Source: Chthoniobacterales bacterium
GTDB taxonomy: Bacteria; Verrucomicrobiota; Verrucomicrobiia; Chthoniobacterales; DASVRZ01
Assembly: GCA_038228695.1 (NCBI GenBank)
Contig: JBBRPA010000004.1
Coordinates: forward strand, 18,318-82,317
Direction: 5' to 3'
Length of the DNA: 64,000 nt
Shown here: positions 25,636 through 36,314 of the stretch, piece after piece
How the letters are laid out: the number at the start of each line of letters is the position of its first letter
Numbering within the stretch: position 1 is the first letter of the stretch
Translations under genes and position numbers: made by a program
The notes under the pieces: generated by a model
The model's database searches: none
Told to the model about the DNA's origin: nothing
The model's input: only the letters and a program-made list of their open reading frames with translations

Positions 25636-26468
25636 GGTTTCGCGGCGCCGTCGGGAACGGGTTCTTCTTCGTCATCATCTTCTTCCTCAATTTCTTTGCG
25701 GAGACGTTTTGAAACAAACGGACGGAAGAAACCGTAGAGCAGGTAGCTAATGAAGAGGATCGCCGGCATCCAGCGATAGTAGAGAATGGTTAGAAGAATG
25801 AGGACGATGAAAACGAGCAGGCGCGGGAGGGATTTTTGTGTGCGCCAGTTGACTGCCTTGAAGCTGGGATATTTGAAATGGCTAAACATCATCCAAGATA
25901 GGAAAAGCAGGAGTGGCGGCAGTGCGAAACGCCACGGGCCGACCACTTTGTCGTTCTCTTGAAGGCCAAGCATGAAGAGGGTGATCGAGGCGGTGACTCC
26001 GGCGGCGGCGGGAATGGGAATGCCCGAGAAATCCTTGTCCACATCGCCCCCGTTTTCCTTCGCCGCAGCAATGCAATTGAAGCGCGCTAACCGGAGCGCC
26101 CCGCAGACGAGATAGACTGAGGCGATGATCCAACCTGAATCCCAGTCTTTCAAAACGATCCGATAAACTAACAGCGCAGGCGCAACGCCGAACGAGACGA
26201 TGTCGGCCAACGAATCGAACTCCCTTCCGAACGGACTCTCCGCCCCGGACATGCGCGCCATGCGACCGTCGAGCACATCGAAAACGCAGGCCCCGAGAAT
26301 AAGCAAGATGGCCTGATGATAGTAAACAAAAGGGACGAGGGTCGCCGCGTCGTTCACCTGAAGAAGCGCGCCCTCAATGATCCGCAAAATGGCGGTGAAG
26401 CCGCAGAACAAATTGCCCGCCGTCATGAGGTTCGGCAGGAGATAAATTTTCGGTTCGCCGTCGCGCAT
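25632..26468 (-). CDS. pssA: CDP-diacylglycerol--serine O-phosphatidyltransferase
   Basis: Carries the CDP-alcohol phosphatidyltransferase motif 'DVLDGRMARMSGAESPFGREFDSLADIVSFG', is multi-TM, and has an acidic C-terminal tail. Confidence 0.9.
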   Translation of the reverse strand: MRDGEPKIYLLPNLMTAGNLFCGFTAILRIIEGALLQVNDAATLVPFVYYHQAILLILGACVFDVLDGRMARMSGAESPFGREFDSLADIVSFGVAPALLVYRIVLKDWDSGWIIASVYLVCGALRLARFNCIAAAKENGGDVDKDFSGIPIPAAAGVTASITLFMLGLQENDKVVGPWRFALPPLLLFLSWMMFSHFKYPSFKAVNWRTQKSLPRLLVFIVLILLTILYYRWMPAILFISYLLYGFFRPFVSKRLRKEIEEEDDDEEEPVPDGAAKP

Positions 26469-26477
26469 GACGTCTGT

Positions 26478-27134
26478 TTACGGGGCTAGTTCTGCGATCG
26501 GGGTGGTGCCGCATTTCACGCGGTCGCCGATTTTTACGAGCAGCTTGGTGCCGAGCGGGAGATAAACCTCCGTGCGGGAGCCGAAACGGATCATTCCAAA
26601 ATGGTCACCTTTTTTTAGGTCGTCGCCCACCAAACTCCAAGGGACGATCCGCCGCGCGATCGCACCGGTAATCTGCCGGACAACAAACGTGGCCTTCGCA
26701 TTTTGGAAACCCCAAGTGACGTATTCGTTGAGTCGGGTGGCGTCGGGGTGGCGGGCGTCGAGCATTTTGCCGAGGTGATGCTCGCGATGAATGACCTTTC
26801 CAGCCAGCGGGGCGCGGTTCGTATGGACGTCGAAGACGGAGAGGAAAATGCCCACTCGCATCATCGAGGTATGGGTCACCTCAGGCTCGAGCATTTCCCC
26901 GACGATGTCGGCGATGACTCCATCAGCGGCGGCCACGACGAGCGAATCGCCGGGTGGAATCTCGCGCACTGGATCGCGGAAAAACCAAAACACATAAAGG
27001 ATCAGCAGGAGCCAAATACTGAGCAGGGCCATTCCGAAGAGGGGAAAGGGGCCGAGCAGAACGGCTGAGCCGGTGGCAAGCGCCAGCAGAATTGCTAATA
27101 TCCATCGAGCCTCGTAAATCGTTTGCCATCGCAT
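26478..27134 (-). CDS. psd: phosphatidylserine decarboxylase proenzyme (short type)
   Basis: 218-aa ORF with the self-cleavage region 'IRFGSRTEVYLP' and an N-terminal TM anchor. Lies directly upstream of pssA. Confidence 0.88.
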   Translation of the reverse strand: MRWQTIYEARWILAILLALATGSAVLLGPFPLFGMALLSIWLLLILYVFWFFRDPVREIPPGDSLVVAAADGVIADIVGEMLEPEVTHTSMMRVGIFLSVFDVHTNRAPLAGKVIHREHHLGKMLDARHPDATRLNEYVTWGFQNAKATFVVRQITGAIARRIVPWSLVGDDLKKGDHFGMIRFGSRTEVYLPLGTKLLVKIGDRVKCGTTPIAELAP

Positions 27135-27201
27135 AATGAACTAGTCTCGACAGGGACCATGCAGCGTCAAGCCCAAGTTCGCAGCGTGCAGACGAAGGGG
27201 A

Positions 27202-28336
<1,135 letters not shown>

Positions 28337-28365
28337 TATTATTCAGACCGCTTTCGGTTTATCAA

Positions 28366-30183
28366 TTATTTCTGATACCGAGTGGTGATTTTCGTCACCC
28401 CTTGGGTTGCATGCGGTGGGACACCGGGAGGCGTGATGTGGGCGGCTAGGGAGTCATTTCGGGTTGGAACGACGCGGATGGAGCCCTTGGCGTTGTTTCT
28501 CCAGCCGTTCGAATCGGCAAACTCGTCGCCGCTGTCGGTCAGGCCGGTAACCTGATTTTCCAAGCCGGTGCCGTATCCTTCCTCAATGATCGTCGGGGTG
28601 ACGAAGATGAGCAGGTTGCGCTTGGTTTTGGATTTCACTTTTTCTTGGAAGAGGTAACCGAGGCCAGGAATATCGCCGAGGATCGGCACCTTCGCACCGG
28701 TTTTGGTGGTTTCATCTTGAAGGAGTCCACCGATGGCGAGCGTGTCTCCGCTCTTGATCAGAACGTTCGAATCAAGGGTGCGGGTGTCGATGATAGGGCT
28801 GAAGACGGTTGCACCGCTGATCGTGAACTGAGCGTCAGAGACCTTGTTACTGATCTCAGGTTTGACCGAGAGGGTGACATAGTCGTCTTTGTTAATCGAG
28901 GGTTTGACGATGAGTGTGTTACCATACTCTTTTTCCTCGAATCCGCCGAAGACAGCCGTGGCAGTCTGTTCATTGAAGTTCAACTGCGGGACGGGTTGGC
29001 TGCGAACGATCTTGATCGTGGCCTCCTGGTTGTCAGCAGTGACGATGCGTGGGTTGGCGAGAAATTCCGCGTCCGTGTCTTCGTTGAGGAAGCGCAAGGT
29101 GAGCGAGAGCTGTGGGGCTGAGACAATCGCAAACTGATTGGCGAGCTGCTCAATGGAGCCGCTGAGGATGTTTCCACCCTCTGGCCGGCCAGCAAAATCG
29201 GTGGTGGGAATCGTACCGTCGGTGTTTGGCTTGGTGGTGCCATCATAAGCGCCGTATTTGAAGGTTTTGGCGCTAGAGGAACCGCCGAGTACGCCTCCCC
29301 AGTTGATGCCGTAGCTCTGCTTCGGATTAGCATTCACCTCGACGAGGCGTGCTTCAATCATGACCTGCCGGGTTGGCTTGTCGATGAGCTGCAGGAAGGC
29401 CGCGATGGAGGCCATATTTGATTTGAATTCGCGGTAGAAGATCGTGTTTGTGCGTGGGTCGACTTGGGGAGGCACGCCGCTTAGGATTTGGCCTTGGAGC
29501 AATCCGGCGCAGGCATCGGCCCGTCCGTAGCTGAAGGTGTAGTAGCCAGCATCGGTTGGCTCTTTTTTCTTTTCCGCCTCAGTTTTGATGAAAAAGGTGC
29601 CGTCGGTCTCATAGAGGTAAAGACCTTTATCTTGGACGATGATTTGGATCGCCTGCATCGCGGTCTTGTTTTCCAACCGCATGGTTACAGTGCCTTGGAT
29701 GGTTTCGCCGACGACGAGATCGATTTTGGCTTGCCGGGCGAGTAGGCGTAAGACGTAGCCGAGTTCATCGCCTTGAAACTCACGGGGCTTGGCACCACCG
29801 GAAGCGCCAGTGTCGGAAAGCGCGCTTGGGGTTGTATCGGCTATGACTGGAGCCACTGCGGAAGCATCAGGAAGTGCGTCCGAGGCAGCACCGCCCAACG
29901 GCGGCTCGATCGCTGCGGGAATTTCGTTATTAGGGACGTCGATTCCAGCGGGGGTGGCTTCGACCGTGCTGGAGGGTGGTTCCACTGCAGCCGGCATTTC
30001 CGGAATTGCAACGGGGGCCGTTGCAGGGATGGCGGATTCGGTCGGCTTTGGCTGGAGCAGTCCCGAGACCAACTTAGGCGAGGAGCCAGGGGTGGCTTCT
30101 TGGGCCGAAGTAATCAGCGGGAACAGCAGGCAAAGGGAGCTGAATGCGCCCAGGGTGTAAATGTGTCGGTTGAGGTTTAACAT
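28366..30183 (-). CDS. secretin (PilQ/GspD family outer-membrane channel)
   Basis: 605-aa ORF with signal peptide 'LGAFSSLCLLFPLITSAQE', a Pro/Ala-rich linker, and the secretin C-domain 'VPILGDIPGLGYLFQ...KRNLLIFVTPTII'. Confidence 0.88.
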   Translation of the reverse strand: MLNLNRHIYTLGAFSSLCLLFPLITSAQEATPGSSPKLVSGLLQPKPTESAIPATAPVAIPEMPAAVEPPSSTVEATPAGIDVPNNEIPAAIEPPLGGAASDALPDASAVAPVIADTTPSALSDTGASGGAKPREFQGDELGYVLRLLARQAKIDLVVGETIQGTVTMRLENKTAMQAIQIIVQDKGLYLYETDGTFFIKTEAEKKKEPTDAGYYTFSYGRADACAGLLQGQILSGVPPQVDPRTNTIFYREFKSNMASIAAFLQLIDKPTRQVMIEARLVEVNANPKQSYGINWGGVLGGSSSAKTFKYGAYDGTTKPNTDGTIPTTDFAGRPEGGNILSGSIEQLANQFAIVSAPQLSLTLRFLNEDTDAEFLANPRIVTADNQEATIKIVRSQPVPQLNFNEQTATAVFGGFEEKEYGNTLIVKPSINKDDYVTLSVKPEISNKVSDAQFTISGATVFSPIIDTRTLDSNVLIKSGDTLAIGGLLQDETTKTGAKVPILGDIPGLGYLFQEKVKSKTKRNLLIFVTPTIIEEGYGTGLENQVTGLTDSGDEFADSNGWRNNAKGSIRVVPTRNDSLAAHITPPGVPPHATQGVTKITTRYQK

Positions 30184-30340
30184 GGCGTGCTACTTTCTAA
30201 GTTGCGGTATTGCAAAATGATTTAAGCAGGAAGCAGACCAACCCCGTGCCAGGGGTGAGAAAGAAAATTCGGCTCTTGTATTTGCGAATCCCTGCTCCCT
30301 AAAGGCGGGGTTTTATCGCAAATAAGAGACGAACCCGGGA

Positions 30341-31003
30341 TTAAAGCCCCGTTTTCCGCGCGTTAGCGATGAAAGCCCGCACCCGCGCCGCATCTTTCTG
30401 GCGCGGCGTTGTCTCCACACCACTGGCCACGTCCACATAGCGGACCCTAGTCGCTCGCAATGCTGCGGAAACGTTCTCCGGGTTCAATCCGCCAGAAAGG
30501 AGGATATGCTCTCGATTTTTCAGCGCTTCCAGCAGCGCCCAGTCGAAAGTTTTCCCCGTTCCGCCCCGCTCGGAGCCCGCGAATGCGTCCAGCAAAACTG
30601 GAAATGTGGCGAAATTCTCGACCGCTCGGAAGGAATCCGCATCCGCCACACGCAGGGCTTTAATGACTTCCTTTCCGCTTTTCTGCGAGATTGATTCGCA
30701 GAATTGCAAATCCTCGTCCCCGTGAAGTTGGAGGGCATCGATGAACGGCTCGCTGAGCCAGGAGAGTGCTTCCGCCTCAGTGGGATTGACCGCCACAGCG
30801 ACGCGCTGAATGGAATCCGGCGAGTCTTTCAACCAATCCCGCTCCCGCTCCATCTCGATGAAACGCTTTGACCCGCGATAAAAATTGAACCCGATGGCGC
30901 TGGCCCCGGCCTCCACGCTCAGAGCCAGGTCCCCGGGGTTCGTGATCCCGCAAATTTTTACTCCCACAACCCCGGGTGGAAGCATGCCAAAGAGCGTCCT
31001 CAC
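30341..31003 (-). CDS. trpF: phosphoribosylanthranilate isomerase
   Basis: 220-aa ORF with 'VKICGIT', 'GASAIGFNFY' and 'LLSGGLNPENV'. Confidence 0.9.
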   Translation of the reverse strand: MRTLFGMLPPGVVGVKICGITNPGDLALSVEAGASAIGFNFYRGSKRFIEMERERDWLKDSPDSIQRVAVAVNPTEAEALSWLSEPFIDALQLHGDEDLQFCESISQKSGKEVIKALRVADADSFRAVENFATFPVLLDAFAGSERGGTGKTFDWALLEALKNREHILLSGGLNPENVSAALRATRVRYVDVASGVETTPRQKDAARVRAFIANARKTGL

Positions 31004-31422
31004 TCGATCACCCGCCCCCGCGCCTGCTTGATTTCTCTGACTTGTGAGGAGCTGGTCATGACCTGGACCCGGCGGTTTTCATCCAGAAAAACGGAACTGA
31101 GCAACCATGAGACCGAACTGATGATGATTGAGCCGAAAACGGTCGTCCAAAAGCCCTCGACGTGAAACCCGGGCGTCAAACCGCTCGTCAGTTTCAGCAC
31201 CACTGCATTCACGATCAGGATGAAAAGCCCCATGGTCACGAGGATGAAAGGCAGGCTTAGGAGCAACAACACCGGGCGAATGAGGGCGTTGAGCAATCCC
31301 AAAACGAGCGCGGCAAGAAGCAGCGCCCCCCAGCCAGAATACGTGATCCCAGGGAGTAAATGGGCAGCCGCCATGACCGCCAAAGCCGTAAATATCCAGC
31401 GGAGCAAAAAAGCTTTCATCAT
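31000..31422 (-). CDS. DUF360 / phage-holin-4_2 family membrane protein
   Basis: 140-aa ORF with four hydrophobic segments. 'LGLLNALIRPVLLLLSLPFILVTMGLFILIVNA' is typical of the family. 4-nt overlap with trpF. Confidence 0.75.
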   Translation of the reverse strand: MMKAFLLRWIFTALAVMAAAHLLPGITYSGWGALLLAALVLGLLNALIRPVLLLLSLPFILVTMGLFILIVNAVVLKLTSGLTPGFHVEGFWTTVFGSIIISSVSWLLSSVFLDENRRVQVMTSSSQVREIKQARGRVIE

Positions 31423-31554
31423 GAAAATTTACCCCGACCTCTCTCGAAACCAAGGAATAATCTTTTTCCTTCCGTCCTCTAGGATTCGGGGCTATAAAAA
31501 AAGCGCGTTCCTTTGGGTGGAACGCCTGTGATTCAGAAATAAATCGTTGTTATT

Positions 31555-31860
31555 ATGGGAAAAAAAACTGAAAAAACCGTTGTGGAGCCTGCAAAGTCTC
31601 CTGTAACCGCAGCCAAGGCAGCCCCCAAGGTCGCTTCCGATTCGGGAGTGGTCGCCAAAAAAACCGCTGCACCGAAAAAAGTCGCTGCGAAAACTGCACC
31701 GAAAACCAAACCTGCCGCCAAGAAATCGGCCAAGCCCACGTTTGAGGACATCCAAAAGCAAGCCTACTTCGTGGCCGAACGGCGCCAAGCCCTCGGTCTC
31801 CCGGGAGACGCGGCCAGCGACTGGATTCAGGCCGAAAAAGAACTTCTCGCCGCGAAATAG
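31555..31860 (+). CDS. DUF2934 protein with a Lys/Ala/Pro-rich histone-H1-like N-terminus
   Basis: 101-aa ORF with 'KKTAAPKKVAAKTAPKTKPAAKKSAKP' followed by 'EDIQKQAYFVAERRQALGLPGDAASDWIQAEKEL'. Confidence 0.75.
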   Translation: MGKKTEKTVVEPAKSPVTAAKAAPKVASDSGVVAKKTAAPKKVAAKTAPKTKPAAKKSAKPTFEDIQKQAYFVAERRQALGLPGDAASDWIQAEKELLAAK

Positions 31861-31969
31861 CCTGTTCCGCGTTTGGTGCGGACATCCTGCCCCCGACTCG
31901 CAAACGGTCTTTTCAGACTGTCCAGCTTCTTGCACTTCGTTCCCCGGGTTTTCTTCTGCTTCCTGACTG

Positions 31970-33451
31970 ATGCCTTCCGCCTACGAAAAACTTCTCGCCC
32001 GAGCCCGAGAGATCGCGCTCATTGATAATACCTCCAATCTGCTCCAGTGGGACCAGGAAACCTACCTTCCCCGGCAGGCCAACGACTATCGCGGCGAGCA
32101 ACTCGCCTGGTTATCTGGCCATTCCCATCGGCTTCTGACCGCACCCGAGGTGGGCGACTGGCTCAAGGGCGCCGCCGACGGCGGATTTGCCGAGGGCACC
32201 GTCGAGCACGCCAACGTCACCCGGCTGCAGCGCAAATATGATCGCGCCACCCGAGTTCCGGTCGCATTCGTCGAGGCGCTGGAACGCGAAAAATCTCATG
32301 GGCACGCTACTTGGGTCGAGGCGCGGCAAAAAAACGACTTTACCATTTTCCAGCCCAGTCTGACCCGGCTCCTCGATCTTTCCCGTGCTCTCGCCGACCA
32401 CTGGGGCTATCCCGGCGACGGCGAACGCTACGACGCCCTGCTCGAGACCTACGAACCCGGCATCACCACGGCGAACCTCACGGAACTCTTTGCCGGATTA
32501 CGTCCGCCGCTCGTCGAACTCCTAAAGGAACGCAAAAACCAGCACCGTCCTCTCCAGCGTCTCGACGGCACCTTTCCGGCGGGCGCCCAGGCCGCCTTTG
32601 CCCGCGAGGTCGCCGAGTCTCTGGGCTACGATTTCGAAGCGGGCCGGATCGACGTTACGGCGCATCCATTTTGCCTGACGGCGGGCCCGCGCGACGTTCG
32701 CATCACGACCCGTTACGATGAGGCCGACTTCCTTTCGTCTCTCTATAGCGTTCTGCACGAAACCGGCCACGCCCTCTATGAAATGGGTCTCCCGCAGAAT
32801 CAATTCGGGCTTCCAGCAGGTTCGGCCTCCTCCAACGGGATTCACGAAAGCCAGTCGCGCCTGTGGGAAAACCACATCGGGCGCTCCACCACCTTCTGGC
32901 GGCGCTGGACCGATGACGCCATCGCTCGTTTCCCTGACCTGGCAGAGTTCTCGGCCGAAGACATCACGGCTGCAACCCAGTCCGTCCAAGCGAGTTTCAT
33001 TCGCGTCGAGGCCGATGAAATGACTTACGATCTGCACATTATGCTTCGGTTCAATCTCGAGATTGCGCTCTTGCGCGGGGATCTCGAAGTCGCCGGTTTG
33101 CCGTCCGCGTGGAACGAGCTCTTTCAGAAATCTTTCGGACTGCGCGTGCCTGACGCCGCGCGCGGCTGTTTGCAGGACATCCACTGGAGTTTTGCCGGGT
33201 TCGGTTATTTTCCCACTTACACCCTCGGCAACCTCAACGCGTCGCAGATCATGGCCACAGCGGAAAAGAAAATCCCCGGGCTCGAAGACGAACTCACCCT
33301 CGGCAACTACGAACCGCTTCTTCTCTGGTTGCGCGAAAACATCCATCGCCACGGGCAGACCCTGCTCGCTCCCGAACTGATGCGCCGGGCCACGGGCGAG
33401 ACGACGAATCCGAAGTATCACCTCGACTATCTCCGGGCGAAGTATTTGTAA
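31970..33451 (+). CDS. carboxypeptidase, M32 family (Taq-like)
   Basis: 493-aa ORF with 'HPF', the HExxH block 'LHETGHALYE', 'GIHESQSRLWEN' and 'IRVEADEMTYDLHI'. Confidence 0.9.
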   Translation: MPSAYEKLLARAREIALIDNTSNLLQWDQETYLPRQANDYRGEQLAWLSGHSHRLLTAPEVGDWLKGAADGGFAEGTVEHANVTRLQRKYDRATRVPVAFVEALEREKSHGHATWVEARQKNDFTIFQPSLTRLLDLSRALADHWGYPGDGERYDALLETYEPGITTANLTELFAGLRPPLVELLKERKNQHRPLQRLDGTFPAGAQAAFAREVAESLGYDFEAGRIDVTAHPFCLTAGPRDVRITTRYDEADFLSSLYSVLHETGHALYEMGLPQNQFGLPAGSASSNGIHESQSRLWENHIGRSTTFWRRWTDDAIARFPDLAEFSAEDITAATQSVQASFIRVEADEMTYDLHIMLRFNLEIALLRGDLEVAGLPSAWNELFQKSFGLRVPDAARGCLQDIHWSFAGFGYFPTYTLGNLNASQIMATAEKKIPGLEDELTLGNYEPLLLWLRENIHRHGQTLLAPELMRRATGETTNPKYHLDYLRAKYL

Positions 33452-33532
33452 AAGAGGCTGCCCTTCTCGCTGCTGGTTCCCATTTTTCCATCGTGCCTTC
33501 GCGATCGGTGATGTAAAAACCTCCCGCATCGC

Positions 33533-34738
33533 ATGAGAATCATCGTCTGGGGAATCAATTACGCGCCGGAAGTTACGGGCATCGCTCCCTGCAACACCGC
33601 GCTCTGCGAATATCTCGGCGCACGGGGCCACGACGTTGAGATGGTCACCTCCTTTGCCTATTACCCACAGTGGAAAAAACGCGAGGAAGATATCTACTTC
33701 TTCTACCGCAGCGATCGGGTCAACGGCGTCCGCGTGCATCGCTGTTGGCACTACGTCCCGAAACGCGTTTCCGCTCTCAAACGGATCCTTCACGAAGGCA
33801 CATTTGTGGTCACATCATTTCTCCGGCTACTGCTCCTGCGCCGCGCCGATGTCGTCGTGGTCGTTTCCCCGCCGCTTCTCCTTGGTGCGGCGGCGTGGTT
33901 GGCGACCGCGCTCAAAGGTAGCCGTTACCATTTTCATGTGCAGGATTTGCAGCCCGATGCAGCTGTCGGATTGAACATGCTCAAGCCCGGACTCCTCACG
34001 CGCCTGCTTTATCAATTAGAGGCCATCGCTTACCGGCACGCCGCCAAGGTGAGCGGCATCGGCCAGGGAATGATCGACGCGTTTCTGCGCAAAGGCGTGC
34101 CGCCGGAAAAAATCGCGCTGCTGCCCAACGGCTTTGACGTGCAGGGCGCGGAAAAAGCCTCACCCGTGAACTTCCGCGAGAAATACCAGTTCGCGTCCGA
34201 TGATTTTCTGGCGATTTACTCCGGCAACCTCGGAGTCAAACAAGGCCTAGAAATTCTCCCCGCCGCTGCCGCCCGGCTGAAAAACCCGAGAATCCAGATC
34301 GTTATTTGTGGTGACGGCGCACGCCGCCCGTGGCTCGAGGAGGAAATCGCCCGCCTTGGCCTCGCCAATCTCCGTCTCCTGCCCCTGCTGGAGGATGCGG
34401 ATTACCGCGCCATGCTCGCCGCGGCCAACGTCTGCTTGATCACCCAGCAAGCCGGATCGGGCAGCGCGTTTCTGCCCAGCAAACTGCTCCCCACACTCGC
34501 CCATCGTCGCGCGGTGATCAGTGTGGCCGACGCGGATAGCGCTCTTGCGGTAGCCGTGGCCGAGGGGCATTTCGGGAAGAATATTCTTCCGGGCGAAACA
34601 GCGGCACTGGCGAATTTACTCGAGGAAATCGCAGCCAATCCGGCGCAACTCGGCGCGTTCGAGGCGAACGGGCACGCCTACGTTTCCCGCTTCGATCACG
34701 CGAAAGTCTTGGCCGAATTCGAGCGCGTTCTACTGTAA
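33533..34738 (+). CDS. GT4 glycosyltransferase, WcaI-like
   Basis: 401-aa ORF. The N-terminus 'MRIIVWGINYAPEVTGIAPCNTALCEYLGARGHDVEMVTSFAYYPQWKK' is typical of the WcaI family. Confidence 0.8.
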   Translation: MRIIVWGINYAPEVTGIAPCNTALCEYLGARGHDVEMVTSFAYYPQWKKREEDIYFFYRSDRVNGVRVHRCWHYVPKRVSALKRILHEGTFVVTSFLRLLLLRRADVVVVVSPPLLLGAAAWLATALKGSRYHFHVQDLQPDAAVGLNMLKPGLLTRLLYQLEAIAYRHAAKVSGIGQGMIDAFLRKGVPPEKIALLPNGFDVQGAEKASPVNFREKYQFASDDFLAIYSGNLGVKQGLEILPAAAARLKNPRIQIVICGDGARRPWLEEEIARLGLANLRLLPLLEDADYRAMLAAANVCLITQQAGSGSAFLPSKLLPTLAHRRAVISVADADSALAVAVAEGHFGKNILPGETAALANLLEEIAANPAQLGAFEANGHAYVSRFDHAKVLAEFERVLL

Positions 34739-34768
34739 GTTCTGGGACGGCGCGCGTCTCGCGTGCAG

Positions 34769-34849
34769 TTTTGGGCGTCTCGCCCAAAATACTTCACCTC
34801 GCTGGCGAAGCCGCACTTAAAAAGTATGTTTCTGGCGAGACGCCAAAAA
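34769..34849. repeat. inverted pair of the GGCGAGACGCCAAAA motif between convergent genes
   Basis: TTTTGGGCGTCTCGCC at 34769-34784 and GGCGAGACGCCAAAA at 34834-34848. The same 15-mer occurs at 24375-24389. Confidence 0.8.
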
Positions 34850-34862
34850 CAACACGCTCCCA

Positions 34863-36314
34863 CTAACGCGCGAGCCATCTCACATCGCTCAGCATCCCAG
34901 TCCGGCTGACCGCGCGCACGGACACGCGCGGGGTGGCGTCGCGACCGCCCGGCCAAGCGACCCCGCTGTTGCTTGCACCGATCACCTGCGAATTCCAGCC
35001 TGCTGCGGTTTTCCATTGCACGAGATAAACCGAGACGTCGCGCTCTGCCGCGCCCCAATCTACGTAAGCGGTTCCGGCTTTTTCTTTCGTGGCCAACGTC
35101 GGCCGACCGGGAGGATTGCGATCGAGCCAAGGCGAAGGCGGAACAAGCGCAGGTGCGAGATACGCCGTTTTTGCGAGGAGACCCGAAATGCCGCCGCGAT
35201 CCTGCAGCAGCGCTTTGTTGTTCCAATGGATATGCCCCGCGTCGCCCGTTCCCCGGCGGATGAGATCAATCTGCCGAACCTGCTCCGAGGCGGTGCGACC
35301 TTGGCCAATTCGTTCGGTGGCGATTCCAGGCCAGAGATGGCGGCGTAGGGGATTTTGCGTGCTCCACCAATCATAAAGCCGTGCGAAGGATTGCCCCTCC
35401 GAATCGATCGTCCAATACAACTGCGGCGAAAGATAATCGACCCAGCCGTTGCGCAGCCAGAGTGGAGCGTCGCAGGCCAGTGATTCGTAGGCGTTGACCC
35501 CGGCGGTCGTGCCTGCGGGAATTCCTGGACGCCAGATGCCGAACGGGCTGATACCAAAAAGGACATGGCGTTTTTCGTTCTTGATTGCGCTCGATAGGCT
35601 CGAAACGAAGCGGTCGATGTTGCTTCGGCGCCAAGCGTTGAGCGATTGTCCGCGGCCGTATTTCCGGAATGTCGTCCCGTCCGGAAACTCGGCCCGGCCC
35701 GCCGGATACGGATAAAAATAATCGTCGAGATGGACGCCGTCGATGTCGTAACGGCGAACCAGATCAACGACGACGGATTCGACATACTCGCGCGCCTCAG
35801 GAATGCCCGGGTCGATGAAAAGTTGTGAGCCGTAGCGCCGCATCCACTCCGGATGCCGCCGCGCGACGTGACGATCGGAGAGGCCGCCTTTGTCGGTGGC
35901 GAGGGCGCGGAAGGGATTGACCCAGGCGTGCAGTTGCAAACCACGCCGATGGGCTTCGGCAACGGCGAAGGCAAGGGGATCGTATCCCGGATCGACCCCC
36001 ATCGTTCCGCTCAACCAAGCCGACCACGGCTCAATCGCGGAGCGGTAAAGCGCATCGCTGTTTGGACGCACTTGGAGAATGACGGCGTTCAGCTTCAGTC
36101 GTTGGGCGTTATCGAGAATGGCTAGGAGCTGAGCGCGTTGAGAGTTGGGCGAGAGCGCACTGCTGGAGGGCCAGTCGAGATTGTGGACGGAGGCGACCCA
36201 AGTGCCGCGGAATTCCCGGGTTGGCTCCGGAGGAAGTTCTTGCGCCGTAACTGCGATCATAAAAATTCGCAAAAAAAACGCCGTTAGAGGAAGTGAAGAA
36301 CGGGTGATTCTCAT
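34863..36314 (-). CDS. glycoside hydrolase-like family 10 (GHL10/DUF187, YngK-like) secreted protein
   Basis: 483-aa ORF with a signal peptide, 'EFRGTWVASVHNLDWPS' and 'VHLDDYFYPYP'. Confidence 0.8.
   Translation of the reverse strand: MRITRSSLPLTAFFLRIFMIAVTAQELPPEPTREFRGTWVASVHNLDWPSSSALSPNSQRAQLLAILDNAQRLKLNAVILQVRPNSDALYRSAIEPWSAWLSGTMGVDPGYDPLAFAVAEAHRRGLQLHAWVNPFRALATDKGGLSDRHVARRHPEWMRRYGSQLFIDPGIPEAREYVESVVVDLVRRYDIDGVHLDDYFYPYPAGRAEFPDGTTFRKYGRGQSLNAWRRSNIDRFVSSLSSAIKNEKRHVLFGISPFGIWRPGIPAGTTAGVNAYESLACDAPLWLRNGWVDYLSPQLYWTIDSEGQSFARLYDWWSTQNPLRRHLWPGIATERIGQGRTASEQVRQIDLIRRGTGDAGHIHWNNKALLQDRGGISGLLAKTAYLAPALVPPSPWLDRNPPGRPTLATKEKAGTAYVDWGAAERDVSVYLVQWKTAAGWNSQVIGASNSGVAWPGGRDATPRVSVRAVSRTGMLSDVRWLAR

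Noticed and set aside
31000-31422. The 'phage holin 4_2' family gene as evidence of a prophage lysis cassette.
   Set aside because: It overlaps trpF by 4 nt in a housekeeping context with no endolysin, spanin or phage genes. DUF360 proteins are widespread chromosomal membrane proteins.
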